Positions 47,275 through 61,017 of a stretch of 64,000 nucleotides of DNA are shown here, piece after piece. The notes below the pieces were generated by a model that did no database searches, was not told the origin of the DNA, and saw only the letters and a list, made by a program, of their open reading frames with translations. The position numbers and the translations under genes are program-made. Every line of letters begins with the position of its first letter. Within the stretch, counting starts at the first letter, position 1. The DNA lies in sequence record PP813861.1. One strand, given 5' to 3'.

Positions 47275-47290
47275 ATTTCACCTCTTTTAT

Positions 47291-47315
47291 AAACCACCCT
47301 TATATAGGGTGGTTT
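47291..47315 (-). terminator. Terminator
   Basis: AAACCACCCT/AGGGTGGTTT. Confidence 0.75.
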
Positions 47316-47319
47316 TTTT

Positions 47320-47595
47320 CTATTGACCAATATACGTGCTGGTGTATAATTCAATGGTTGGTTTATGAATGGCCAGATTATATTTCTTAGCTAAATCATC
47401 AATATCCCTGGAACAATCAATGAATTTGCCAGTCTCTCGGTAGCGCATCACCCATGAACCCCGAAATGGTGCATCATCTAATGGATTAATACCATATTCA
47501 CGACATACCACAATTGCTTCATGTCGTGGAGTAGCACCAGTAGTGACAAAGTGATTTTCATAAACTGGGATCATTGATACATCTTTATTGCTCAT
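47320..47595 (-). CDS. Hypothetical protein, paralogue of 48589..48840
   Basis: REYGINP motif; start revised to ATG 47595 (GAGG SD). Confidence 0.72.
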   Translation of the reverse strand: MSNKDVSMIPVYENHFVTTGATPRHEAIVVCREYGINPLDDAPFRGSWVMRYRETGKFIDCSRDIDDLAKKYNLAIHKPTIELYTSTYIGQ

Positions 47596-47636
47596 AATAA
47601 CCTCTCTAAAATTACCTGAAGGGATATGCATGATAT

Positions 47637-48134
47637 TTATTTTTGTTTTTGACTGATCATGGAGGCATTGGTGAAGTAATATAACGCATGTTTCCAATCT
47701 TGAGGGTCATATGTGCACTTATGAGCAACCACATAATCACCATCAATTTTTTTGAACAAGTTTACCATGATCACCTCATCCATATCAGTCCCGTTATGCA
47801 CAGTTTGATAATTCAGTCTCACCAACATGTCATCTACATTGGTTTTCAACTGGAGACCATCTTTGAAGAAATCACGAACACCATCCATGATTTGTTCATT
47901 GCGAGACAGGATGTTTTCAGAGATCTGTTCGAACATACCCCTTGCACCGATCAAACGTAATTGATCGTAATTGGGTTCACCCATGCAGATGGCCTCATCA
48001 TCACGATTACACATCTTCTCCAGCAGAACGATAGGGTTATAATCCCAAGCAACCCCACCAGTTACAACAGAGGTCAAATAGCCATAGAGACTGAGTTCAC
48101 TGTCACGCTCATTTGCAGGAATCATGCGGTTCAT
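47637..48134 (-). CDS. Hypothetical protein
   Basis: Start revised to ATG 48134 (GAGGA SD). Confidence 0.72.
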   Translation of the reverse strand: MNRMIPANERDSELSLYGYLTSVVTGGVAWDYNPIVLLEKMCNRDDEAICMGEPNYDQLRLIGARGMFEQISENILSRNEQIMDGVRDFFKDGLQLKTNVDDMLVRLNYQTVHNGTDMDEVIMVNLFKKIDGDYVVAHKCTYDPQDWKHALYYFTNASMISQKQK

Positions 48135-48169
48135 AATTAACGATCCTCGTATTGGTGTTGCAGCATAGC

Positions 48170-48553
48170 TCAGCAAGTCTCTTGAGCTTTCTCAAAACTA
48201 GCCATCGAGCGGGTGCGCGCACGCTGTAGAATAGACAAGCCGTATTTTTTGAACTTCTTCTTGTGGATGAAACCAAGGCGTTCGTAGATGAAGTCTTTAC
48301 GGTCGGCGCGAGGTTTACCATCAGCTACGATACCACGGTCGAAAAGAGCCCAGAACAGAGCGCTTTCATCATGCAGGTAGTTGGCCATTTCCTGAGGCCA
48401 CTGAACTGCGCATAGAGCAACGATTTGTTCAAGTAAACCACTATCTGAGATGGCATAGTACTCACGACCCTGAACATAGTTCATTTTGTCGAAGTTGCAC
48501 ATAGCCAGTCTGCCAGTACCCTGGTTGATTTTCTTTTGAATGTGTTCGTTCAT
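48170..48553 (-). CDS. Hypothetical protein
   Basis: 127-aa ORF, raised GC. Confidence 0.75.
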   Translation of the reverse strand: MNEHIQKKINQGTGRLAMCNFDKMNYVQGREYYAISDSGLLEQIVALCAVQWPQEMANYLHDESALFWALFDRGIVADGKPRADRKDFIYERLGFIHKKKFKKYGLSILQRARTRSMASFEKAQETC

Positions 48554-48588
48554 GGTTTGACCTATTTTCAGATTTGGATTAATTATAG

Positions 48589-48840
48589 CTAGACGAAGGT
48601 ATTGCGTTCGAATTGGATGGAATTACGTTCAACAATATCGTTGAGGTATTTATCATTGTCGATAAATTCCCCAGTGAGCATGTTACGCAGAACCCAGTTC
48701 CCCCGAAGTGGTATACCGCTGTTAGGGTTGATCCCGTATTCACGCATCAAAATCCGACGATTGTGGTCAACACCTGGCTCCATGTAAGATTCACTGATAA
48801 AACATTCCACCATGTTGATAACTTCTTTAGATTCGCTCAT
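48589..48840 (-). CDS. Hypothetical protein, paralogue of 47320..47595
   Basis: REYGINP motif; AAGGAA SD. Confidence 0.72.
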   Translation of the reverse strand: MSESKEVINMVECFISESYMEPGVDHNRRILMREYGINPNSGIPLRGNWVLRNMLTGEFIDNDKYLNDIVERNSIQFERNTFV

Positions 48841-48911
48841 TGACTTATTCCTTCTTTTGCAGGTATTATGTAATACGATAATGGATTATGGCTTTAACCA
48901 TCAGATCCTTT

Positions 48912-49334
48912 TCACGCAGTTGGTTTGAATGGATTTGCACTACGACTACGTTTTTGATATGAAATTAGTGCACCCCATACATTATCGGCTGATACATATT
49001 CAGGCATAGCTTTTTCATCATTGTAACTGACACGGTATGCCTTAGCCACACCTGTGCTATCTACAATGTGAACTTTTTCAATGACAAATGCTTTTCCAGA
49101 AGGCCCAGGGATATGTAATCCTCTTTTAAAAAGTTCTTCAAGAATGCGTTCTAATGCAATTTTAGCATTAGGGTAATCATTATCAAGTGACTTAATACCA
49201 CCTTTAATTTTATTATCTAGGTCACTGAGTGCCTTTTTAAAAACACTAACATCATGATCAAAACATTCGAGAGTGTGATCGAAGTTTTGCATGAGCGCTA
49301 TTAGTAGACCATTAGGAAATACTACTTTTGACAT
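48912..49334 (-). CDS. Hypothetical protein
   Basis: 140-aa ORF with AGGTG SD. Confidence 0.75.
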   Translation of the reverse strand: MSKVVFPNGLLIALMQNFDHTLECFDHDVSVFKKALSDLDNKIKGGIKSLDNDYPNAKIALERILEELFKRGLHIPGPSGKAFVIEKVHIVDSTGVAKAYRVSYNDEKAMPEYVSADNVWGALISYQKRSRSANPFKPTA

Positions 49335-49344
49335 ATATCACCTA

Positions 49345-49701
49345 TTAGTAAACAGTTGGGAACGTTTGTAGGAACCAATCATTAATACGTGTATTAACAC
49401 TAGCCCCGTGTTCAGGCGCTACTTTAAAACCAGCGACGATGTCCTGTAACTCTTCAGTGAGTTTGTTGTGTACTTTACCTTCACAATCGATAAAGTCTTC
49501 TGCGGTTGGCATAACCTCAGCGCGAATAACAGAGGCACGCTTAGAAAGCATTGTAAGAATTTCATTAGACACTGAAGCAGCATTACGCAACTTATTGATT
49601 TTTACATCAATAACAGTTTTATGATAGATTTTACCAACTGCACACATTGTAACTGAACCAACAAAAATACCAAGACAGAGTGATACTTTATCAATATTCA
49701 T
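49345..49701 (-). CDS. N-terminally anchored membrane protein
   Basis: LCLGIFVGSVTMCAVGKIY. Confidence 0.72.
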   Translation of the reverse strand: MNIDKVSLCLGIFVGSVTMCAVGKIYHKTVIDVKINKLRNAASVSNEILTMLSKRASVIRAEVMPTAEDFIDCEGKVHNKLTEELQDIVAGFKVAPEHGASVNTRINDWFLQTFPTVY

Positions 49702-49762
49702 TTTGTATACCTATTTACGTTTATTGAAGTGATTAAAAAATAATACGATGTAGAAAATAAAA

Positions 49763-49780
49763 GGGAGTCCGAAGACTCCC
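49763..49780 (-). terminator. UUCG terminator
   Basis: GGGAGTC-TTCG-GACTCCC-TTTT. Confidence 0.85.
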
Positions 49781-49788
49781 ATTATCAG

Positions 49789-50229
49789 TTACACATCTGA
49801 CACATCATCGAACAGATCAAGTTGTTTCCGATTACGTCGTTCTTCTTCTTCGATACGACGATTCTCTTCTTCAATCTCTTTCTGCCGTTTGACAAGCCTC
49901 CTGTGCAGACTCATTTGCCATGCAGTATCATAACGGCATCGCACTGATTCAATATATTTAAGCCCTACTTCATTAATGCTCTCAAGAAGATCCAGTGACA
50001 CAAGTGTCTCCTTGGATGCATTAATGCTAGCCTTAAGATAATGGGCCATTGCTGTTGCTGGATGGAACGGTAGTTTATCGACATCCATGGTCTTTTGATA
50101 AGCTTTCAGTTTATGGATAATAATTCGTCCATAATAGAATTCATAGAGTTTTTCTCTAGAATCCCAAGCAAGCTTACCGAGTACGGCTCCACTTACCATC
50201 CCTAATGTAAGAGATAGCTTAGAGTTCAT
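49789..50229 (-). CDS. Protein with N-terminal hydrophobic segment and C-terminal coiled coil
   Basis: Start revised to ATG 50229 (AAGGA SD). Confidence 0.68.
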   Translation of the reverse strand: MNSKLSLTLGMVSGAVLGKLAWDSREKLYEFYYGRIIIHKLKAYQKTMDVDKLPFHPATAMAHYLKASINASKETLVSLDLLESINEVGLKYIESVRCRYDTAWQMSLHRRLVKRQKEIEEENRRIEEEERRNRKQLDLFDDVSDV

Positions 50230-50536
50230 TGTTAATTGCATCCTTAATCCAGTTACGGATTTTTGATTTAATTCGATGTTTATCACTGATGGTGTTAAAC
50301 ATATCCAATCCATCATTAATAACGTATATAAGCTCTACTTCAATAAAGTCCGTCATTACTTCCACGGTGGTATTATCTGAATTAGATTTGATATAATCGG
50401 AATAGTCCTTTACTTTTTCACGGATATTCTTTTCTAATTTAATCTCATTATAAACAGTCACACCGACTTCGAACACATAGATGGTACCAGCCAGCATGAG
50501 ACCAGTTTTTACAACATTACCGATAATGGAAAGCAT
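50219..50536 (-). CDS. N-terminally anchored membrane protein
   Basis: GLMLAGTIYVFEVGVTVY. Confidence 0.7.
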   Translation of the reverse strand: MLSIIGNVVKTGLMLAGTIYVFEVGVTVYNEIKLEKNIREKVKDYSDYIKSNSDNTTVEVMTDFIEVELIYVINDGLDMFNTISDKHRIKSKIRNWIKDAINNEL

Positions 50537-50581
50537 GATAATATCCTATTAGTTAATGAATGTAGATTTATTTTGATTATA

Positions 50582-50743
50582 TTAAAACTTGATATTTAGA
50601 ACACGTTTAGCTATTATAATACCAACATATACTCCTAGTGCTATCTCCGCATATTTGGTGATGACGTTTTTAATCTTCTTATGTTTAGGTGCCTCGGGCA
50701 CATCCGCGATAAGTTTTTGAAGTTTAACTTTATCAATATTCAT
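50582..50743 (-). CDS. Small C-terminally anchored membrane protein (53 aa)
   Basis: IALGVYVGIIIAKR; start revised to ATG 50743 (AAGGA SD). Confidence 0.68.
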   Translation of the reverse strand: MNIDKVKLQKLIADVPEAPKHKKIKNVITKYAEIALGVYVGIIIAKRVLNIKF

Positions 50744-50825
50744 TTGTATTTTCCTTTTTACGATTAATTGAAGGTTTAACAAACTCATTCAAATATAATT
50801 TTATTATCGTAATTATATTTGAATG

Positions 50826-50842
50826 GGGCCTCAGTGAGGCCC
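50826..50842 (-). terminator. Terminator-like hairpin
   Basis: GGGCCTC/GAGGCCC. Confidence 0.65.
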
Positions 50843-50851
50843 TATCCATTT

Positions 50852-51190
50852 TTACATCTTACGAACTGTATCGAATACTTGATTCGTATAGTCATCGCCA
50901 TAAATGATCGACAGCTTATTACGAATTACATCCAGTCGATGTTTTTCAATATTGCTCTCAGCAACAGCACTATCCATTGTCTCAGTCATTGCAGCATTGA
51001 CGAACATCATGAACTCATCTGATTCACCATACTCTTTTGAAATACTTTTAAACTGATCCCTGAAACCCATGAGTTTGTCAAAGTTGGCTTTAGTCTCTTT
51101 AGCCTTCTTGTAGATAACATACCCAGTTCCAGCCAGTGATGCAGTGGCCAGAAGAAAAGATACACCTTTTGCAATCGTATTGAATTTCAT
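50852..51190 (-). CDS. N-terminally anchored membrane protein
   Basis: GVSFLLATASLAGTGYVIYKK. Confidence 0.72.
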   Translation of the reverse strand: MKFNTIAKGVSFLLATASLAGTGYVIYKKAKETKANFDKLMGFRDQFKSISKEYGESDEFMMFVNAAMTETMDSAVAESNIEKHRLDVIRNKLSIIYGDDYTNQVFDTVRKM

Positions 51191-51224
51191 AATAAATATT
51201 CCTATTTACTAATATTAAAACTAT

Positions 51225-51671
51225 TTAATAGTTTCTGAAATGTTCACAAGTCGTTACTTCTTTCAGTCGTTTGATGATGTAATCTCGACTTTTATTGAAT
51301 TGAAGTTTCTTTGCGTCATCCAGTTCATCCCATTGTGTAATTCTGGCCAGTTCAGGAACATTGTCATATTTTGCTTTGTTAAGTTTTTTAATCATGTCCC
51401 ATACATAGCAACCTTCGATAAACCACAAAAGACTCGTGTATGTATCCTTGTCAATTAAATTTACTCCATAAAGACTAAGGTCAACCTTGGCTTCTTCTGC
51501 CATTTTAATGGTTTTCTTATAATTATCAAATACATTGTGGAGGTTATGCTCTTCGCCACTGCTATCACAGTTTTCAATAGCTTTCATCAACTCCGGAAAT
51601 GTATCACTATAGAACTTGATCAATTTACGAGTAATCGCCTCTTGCACTTTCTGCTTTTTAGTCTTTGCCAT
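51225..51671 (-). CDS. Early hypothetical protein (about gp105)
   Basis: 148-aa ORF, first gene after an early promoter. Confidence 0.75.
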   Translation of the reverse strand: MAKTKKQKVQEAITRKLIKFYSDTFPELMKAIENCDSSGEEHNLHNVFDNYKKTIKMAEEAKVDLSLYGVNLIDKDTYTSLLWFIEGCYVWDMIKKLNKAKYDNVPELARITQWDELDDAKKLQFNKSRDYIIKRLKEVTTCEHFRNY

Positions 51672-51728
51672 TTTATTTCCACCTATTTACATTAAGTTGT
51701 ATGATAATGTTTACAGTATTGTCACAAA

Positions 51729-51745
51729 TGTAATATACTGTTTAA
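51729..51745 (-). promoter_or_regulatory. Early promoter TTAAACAGTATATTACA
   Basis: TATATTAC core; 17-mer identical to 52917..52933. Confidence 0.85.
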
Positions 51746-51769
51746 AATGGTTTGAATATACGACATAAA

Positions 51770-51789
51770 GCCTTCCCCTGAGGGAAGGC
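51770..51789 (-). terminator. Terminator
   Basis: GCCTTCCC/GGGAAGGC then TTTAT. Confidence 0.8.
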
Positions 51790-51794
51790 CAATG

Positions 51795-52283
51795 TTAAAC
51801 CGATGAATCTATCCACGGTGGATAAACAACCACAATCTGGTTAGGCATGTGATTAGACCAATCTTCAATGATAGTTCTAACATCAGAGAAATCTAATCCA
51901 CCATTAGCACACCCTAGAGGTGGTATGATAATTTTCCAATCTGGATGAATACAGTCTTCTTCATTTTCCGCAGAATCCGATACGTTCTCCATCATCCACT
52001 CTAGACCACGTTCAATGAAACTAATTTGAGATGGGTTCCGCCAGTTATCCTTAGTAGGAAACATCATGAAACGTTTACCATCGGATGCTTTGTAAATAAC
52101 CGGATTACCAATAGTAATAATTCTCTTTTTGCAATCGTGTTTGTATCTTTCAAAAAGTTCAGGATACTTTTCTTTAAACGATTTGGCTAAACCAGCGCCC
52201 ATGACGCCAACAACATTAACAGTGATTAGATAAAGATCACCAGGTACATTGAATATATCTTTACCTATAATAAATTCAGCCAT
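51795..52283 (-). CDS. Macrodomain ADP-ribosyl hydrolase, DarG/TARG1-like (about gp104)
   Basis: KDIF...ITVNVVGVMGAGLA...FPTKDNW...PPLGCANGGLDF. Confidence 0.92.
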   Translation of the reverse strand: MAEFIIGKDIFNVPGDLYLITVNVVGVMGAGLAKSFKEKYPELFERYKHDCKKRIITIGNPVIYKASDGKRFMMFPTKDNWRNPSQISFIERGLEWMMENVSDSAENEEDCIHPDWKIIIPPLGCANGGLDFSDVRTIIEDWSNHMPNQIVVVYPPWIDSSV

Positions 52284-52363
52284 GATAATGGCTCCTTCTA
52301 CAAGAGTACTAATGAGAAGATCAAAACATAGACCTTCTCATTAGATTGGGTGCATTTCCAGGC

Positions 52364-52840
52364 TTATTGGATTTCTGGATTAGCGTTGTAGAAGCCAATA
52401 TAAGCCTTATTAAATTTCAAGTAATAATTATACTCTGAAGGCTCACCAGTTATTTCCCTAAATACCTTAGCAGTTATAACTTCGAACTTAGAACGCCGTA
52501 GCATTGGGAATAATTTCTTACTGCGCGATAGCTCACACAATCTAATCGAGATAGCTTGATCTTTAAATAAACCTGATTTAGTAAAGAAAGCACCTTCATG
52601 AAGCCATTGAATTACTTCATTGAAGTCTGCGCGCCATTTCTTATGCTCATTTAAAGTTTTACCATTTATAAGATACCATAAAGCTCTAACTTTAGATCCA
52701 ATAGTAAAAATACCTATTACCATTACTGCTAGACATATAGCAATTATAAATGACATATGTCCTCCTAAATACCATTGAAGATTAAAGTTCCTATTAGTGA
52801 GAGAATGAATAACACGACCACATGATGAAGTTTTATCCAT
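52364..52840 (-). CDS. Membrane-anchored hypothetical protein (about gp103)
   Basis: MSFIIAICLAVMVIGIFTIG segment; true start may be this internal Met. Confidence 0.65.
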   Translation of the reverse strand: MDKTSSCGRVIHSLTNRNFNLQWYLGGHMSFIIAICLAVMVIGIFTIGSKVRALWYLINGKTLNEHKKWRADFNEVIQWLHEGAFFTKSGLFKDQAISIRLCELSRSKKLFPMLRRSKFEVITAKVFREITGEPSEYNYYLKFNKAYIGFYNANPEIQ

Positions 52841-52916
52841 GTTTCAGGTACTACCGGTTGTTTAGGTTTATTTAAAGGGATGTTTTCCATGTATATACTC
52901 CACATTAGTTCATATG

Positions 52917-52933
52917 TGTAATATACTGTTTAA
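52917..52933 (-). promoter_or_regulatory. Early promoter TTAAACAGTATATTACA
   Basis: Identical to 51729..51745. Confidence 0.85.
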
Positions 52934-53352
52934 GATCTTTCAAATACACCTTTCCAATTAGTAGGTCTTGGATAGGACCTAGGTAGTGATTCAGAATGTA
53001 TAATGAATCCCTCGATATCCCCTTCTTTTGTTTTAACAGCAACTATATCTTTGATAATACCTTTTATTTGTAATAAGCTATTCATAATCTCACGATAGAG
53101 TTGATCAAATCTATTTGCAATGATATTAGGATTTATTGGATAACCACAAATTGATTTATAGAAACTACACATTACATCATTGTATCTATCTGGAACACAT
53201 GTCCAAAAGAAATTATGTCGTTCTTTAATATAAAGAATGATCAAGTAGTTAAGATCATCTTCATCTTTTGCGGTATAATTAAAGTATTGTTTTAATTCAG
53301 AAAAGAATTGTTGTGACCACCTCACATCAACTCGTATAAATAGTTGTTCCAT
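52930..53352 (-). CDS. Hypothetical protein (about gp102)
   Basis: ORF open to 53376; start taken at ATG 53352 (AGGTG SD). Confidence 0.68.
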   Translation of the reverse strand: MEQLFIRVDVRWSQQFFSELKQYFNYTAKDEDDLNYLIILYIKERHNFFWTCVPDRYNDVMCSFYKSICGYPINPNIIANRFDQLYREIMNSLLQIKGIIKDIVAVKTKEGDIEGFIIHSESLPRSYPRPTNWKGVFERS

Positions 53353-53368
53353 AATACACCTAAATAAA

Positions 53369-55342
<1,974 letters not shown>

Positions 55343-55346
55343 GGTA

Positions 55347-58402
<3,056 letters not shown>

Positions 58403-58437
58403 TTAAGATCATAAGATCATGGTCTAACAGCATAAAA

Positions 58438-58456
58438 GGGAGCCATGAAGGCTCCC
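58438..58456 (-). terminator. Terminator
   Basis: GGGAGCC/GGCTCCC then TTTT on minus strand. Confidence 0.8.
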
Positions 58457-58467
58457 CGTTATGTTTG

Positions 58468-60918
58468 TTACTTAATGGCACGATTCACAGCAGTGTTAAT
58501 TGCATTGGTAAGAGCTACAATGTAATCAACTAGAACGGTGTGGTTTTCAGCCGATTGGCCAACAACTTCCCATACTGCACTAGCTAGTTGCCGGACTTTC
58601 TTTTTACCGGCTTTACTATCCATGCTAGCCACTTTAGAGATATCACGGTTAGCTTGGTCAAGACGACGTACACCGCGGTTACCGCTAACTTTTAGAGAGG
58701 CATTACCAAGACCAATTAGAACTTTAGAAAGTTTCATTAGTTCAGTAACGTCCTTACGGCTAACTTTAGCAGTAGCAGTACCGGTAGCACCCCATTCACC
58801 AGTTGGAAGTGCAATAGCAGCTAATCGTTCAATATCTTTACTAGTGCGACCAGTTACATCACGGCCAGACTTCTCGAAGGTAAAACTACCTTCTAGTTTT
58901 CCACTGATAAATGAACTCTCAGGATATTTCTTAACAGGTACTTCTAATTTAGTTGCTTCTTCTAGAGCCTTATCAATAGCTTCTTCACTATCAGCTTCAA
59001 TAGCAGTTGATAGGTGACCAACTAAACGTTCGATGTATTCACCATCGATTTTGAAGCATTTGTTAATAATATCGCTAATACGACGAACTTCTCCAGCAAC
59101 ACCGCGTACTAGATTATCATCACCTTTTAGAATACCATTAATTTTGATTTCTTTATTTTCAAAATTATCAGTATCTTTAAGCTTAACTAGAAGTTGGTCA
59201 GCTTTAGTATTAGCTGCGGCTAGTTCTTTTTGGTTAGCTTTAACATGGATGGATGCATTTGCACCTTCAGCAATGTTGTCGATAATATTTCGAACAAACT
59301 TACCAATAGTGCTATTAAATGATTCTAGCGAAGTAACCATCGCCTTATAGTAATCTTCTAGATTACCATAACCATAATCTTCCATTGCTGGAACACCAGG
59401 TGAATAGACATCAAAGGCGTTATGCAGGCGTTCTAAACAGCTATTAGCATGTACGATGAACTGAGGACTATATTGCTTATGTTCTAGGCCATAATGTAGA
59501 ATCTCAAGCATGGATTCATTTGATGCCTGCTCTTCAAGTAATTGACCAATGGTTTTCTTACCATCTTCAATGTCATCTTCAAGCTTATCGGCTTCTTCAA
59601 CTGCCTCATCAGCAGTCTCGTCAGCTTCTTCAACATCATCTTCAGTTACTTCTACGTCAACATCCGGGATGTCAATTTCACCTTCAGCTAACTTTTCTTC
59701 GATGTCATCTTCTGAAACGTCATCATCTGTTTCTGCAACAATTGTTTCACTGTCGTCTTCAACAGCACCTTCTTCAATTGTTGGTTCGGAAATAGTAGAT
59801 GCCGTTTCGGTTTCAGCAACTGTTTCTTCAGTTTCAGCTTCATTGATTAATACATCAGTAGAATCACTGTCATCATTAGTTAATTCTTCTTCAGCTTCAT
59901 CCCGAACTTCTTCCAATTCGCTTAAGCCTTCTTCAGCTACTTCTGCTGTTTCGGCAGCTTCTTCTACAATTGGATCAGTTACAGCTACTTCTTCATCAAC
60001 TGCTACGATTTCATCTGGTTCAGCTTCAGCAGGAACACTTTCAGATTCCGCCTCTACTACTTCAGCTACTTCACTATCAGTTGTATCCGGCGTATCTTCT
60101 ACGGTTTCAACAACTTCTGTTTCAGCATCAGCTACAGCTGGTTCAGTAATTTCGACTTCTTCTGTTTCAGTGATCTCTGTCTCAGGTTCATCATTGGAAC
60201 TTTCATCAGCAGTTGTTTGCTCAGCACCGGCTTCTTCAGGAGTTACATCGTCATCAATACCAGGGACTGCTTCACTTACAACTTCACCAGCATCTAACAC
60301 TTCATCTGGTAGTGTATCCATGGTTGATGAAACAGGTTCATCACCAGCTGGAAGTTCCTCAGATAGTGGTGCAGGCGGTGGAGTTTCGTCACCAAGTGGG
60401 GTTTCTTCAGTGGGGGTTAATTCCACTGCTGTTTCACCAGGTGCTTCTGCAACAGGTACTAGTTCAGTATCATCAGCCGCATCTTGTGCAGCTTCAATAA
60501 TTTCAGTGGTTGAATCTAAAACCTCTTTACCGCCTTCAGAAATTGTACCGATTTCTTCAGCGATTTCAGCTTCAGCAACTTTAACTGCTTCTTCGCCTTC
60601 TTCGACACTAGTGGTAGCTAGCGGTTCAGGAATACTTTCCTCAACAACAGTTTCTTCTGGTACAACTTCTTCAACAATTACTGCTGACTTATCAGCAGCA
60701 TGTGCTGTTTCTTCATGTTCTTCAGCAGAGATAATATCAGTATCTGTTTTAACAGTTTCATTCTCAATAGTTGCAGATGCATCATTATCTTTCTTTAAAT
60801 CTTGAACTAGTTCATGATCATCTTTAACAGATGTCTCGACTTTGGATACATCCTGTTCCACAGCCGTACCATCTTGGTTCTCAAGGCTGGCTACATATTT
60901 GTGAATATTTACCATCAT
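58468..60918 (-). CDS. Inner-head protein with very acidic propeptide (about gp97)
   Basis: SLE/AME/NLE cleavage motifs; about 450-aa E/D/T/A/V-rich region; PhiKZ internal-head-like C-terminus. Confidence 0.82.
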   Translation of the reverse strand: MMVNIHKYVASLENQDGTAVEQDVSKVETSVKDDHELVQDLKKDNDASATIENETVKTDTDIISAEEHEETAHAADKSAVIVEEVVPEETVVEESIPEPLATTSVEEGEEAVKVAEAEIAEEIGTISEGGKEVLDSTTEIIEAAQDAADDTELVPVAEAPGETAVELTPTEETPLGDETPPPAPLSEELPAGDEPVSSTMDTLPDEVLDAGEVVSEAVPGIDDDVTPEEAGAEQTTADESSNDEPETEITETEEVEITEPAVADAETEVVETVEDTPDTTDSEVAEVVEAESESVPAEAEPDEIVAVDEEVAVTDPIVEEAAETAEVAEEGLSELEEVRDEAEEELTNDDSDSTDVLINEAETEETVAETETASTISEPTIEEGAVEDDSETIVAETDDDVSEDDIEEKLAEGEIDIPDVDVEVTEDDVEEADETADEAVEEADKLEDDIEDGKKTIGQLLEEQASNESMLEILHYGLEHKQYSPQFIVHANSCLERLHNAFDVYSPGVPAMEDYGYGNLEDYYKAMVTSLESFNSTIGKFVRNIIDNIAEGANASIHVKANQKELAAANTKADQLLVKLKDTDNFENKEIKINGILKGDDNLVRGVAGEVRRISDIINKCFKIDGEYIERLVGHLSTAIEADSEEAIDKALEEATKLEVPVKKYPESSFISGKLEGSFTFEKSGRDVTGRTSKDIERLAAIALPTGEWGATGTATAKVSRKDVTELMKLSKVLIGLGNASLKVSGNRGVRRLDQANRDISKVASMDSKAGKKKVRQLASAVWEVVGQSAENHTVLVDYIVALTNAINTAVNRAIK

Positions 60919-61017
60919 GTTAATATACCTTCTGTACAGAGTTTATGAGTTATGCTATTCGTCTTAGTCATAACTCCAAGCGACGAACGTTAACATTCAA
61001 AATATTGCGCTGGAATC

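Noticed and set aside
59549-60805. 418-aa Ser-rich ORF on the plus strand
   Set aside because: Antisense shadow of the acidic gp97 region (GAA/GAT/ACT codons give few stops on the opposite strand); no SD or independent signal.
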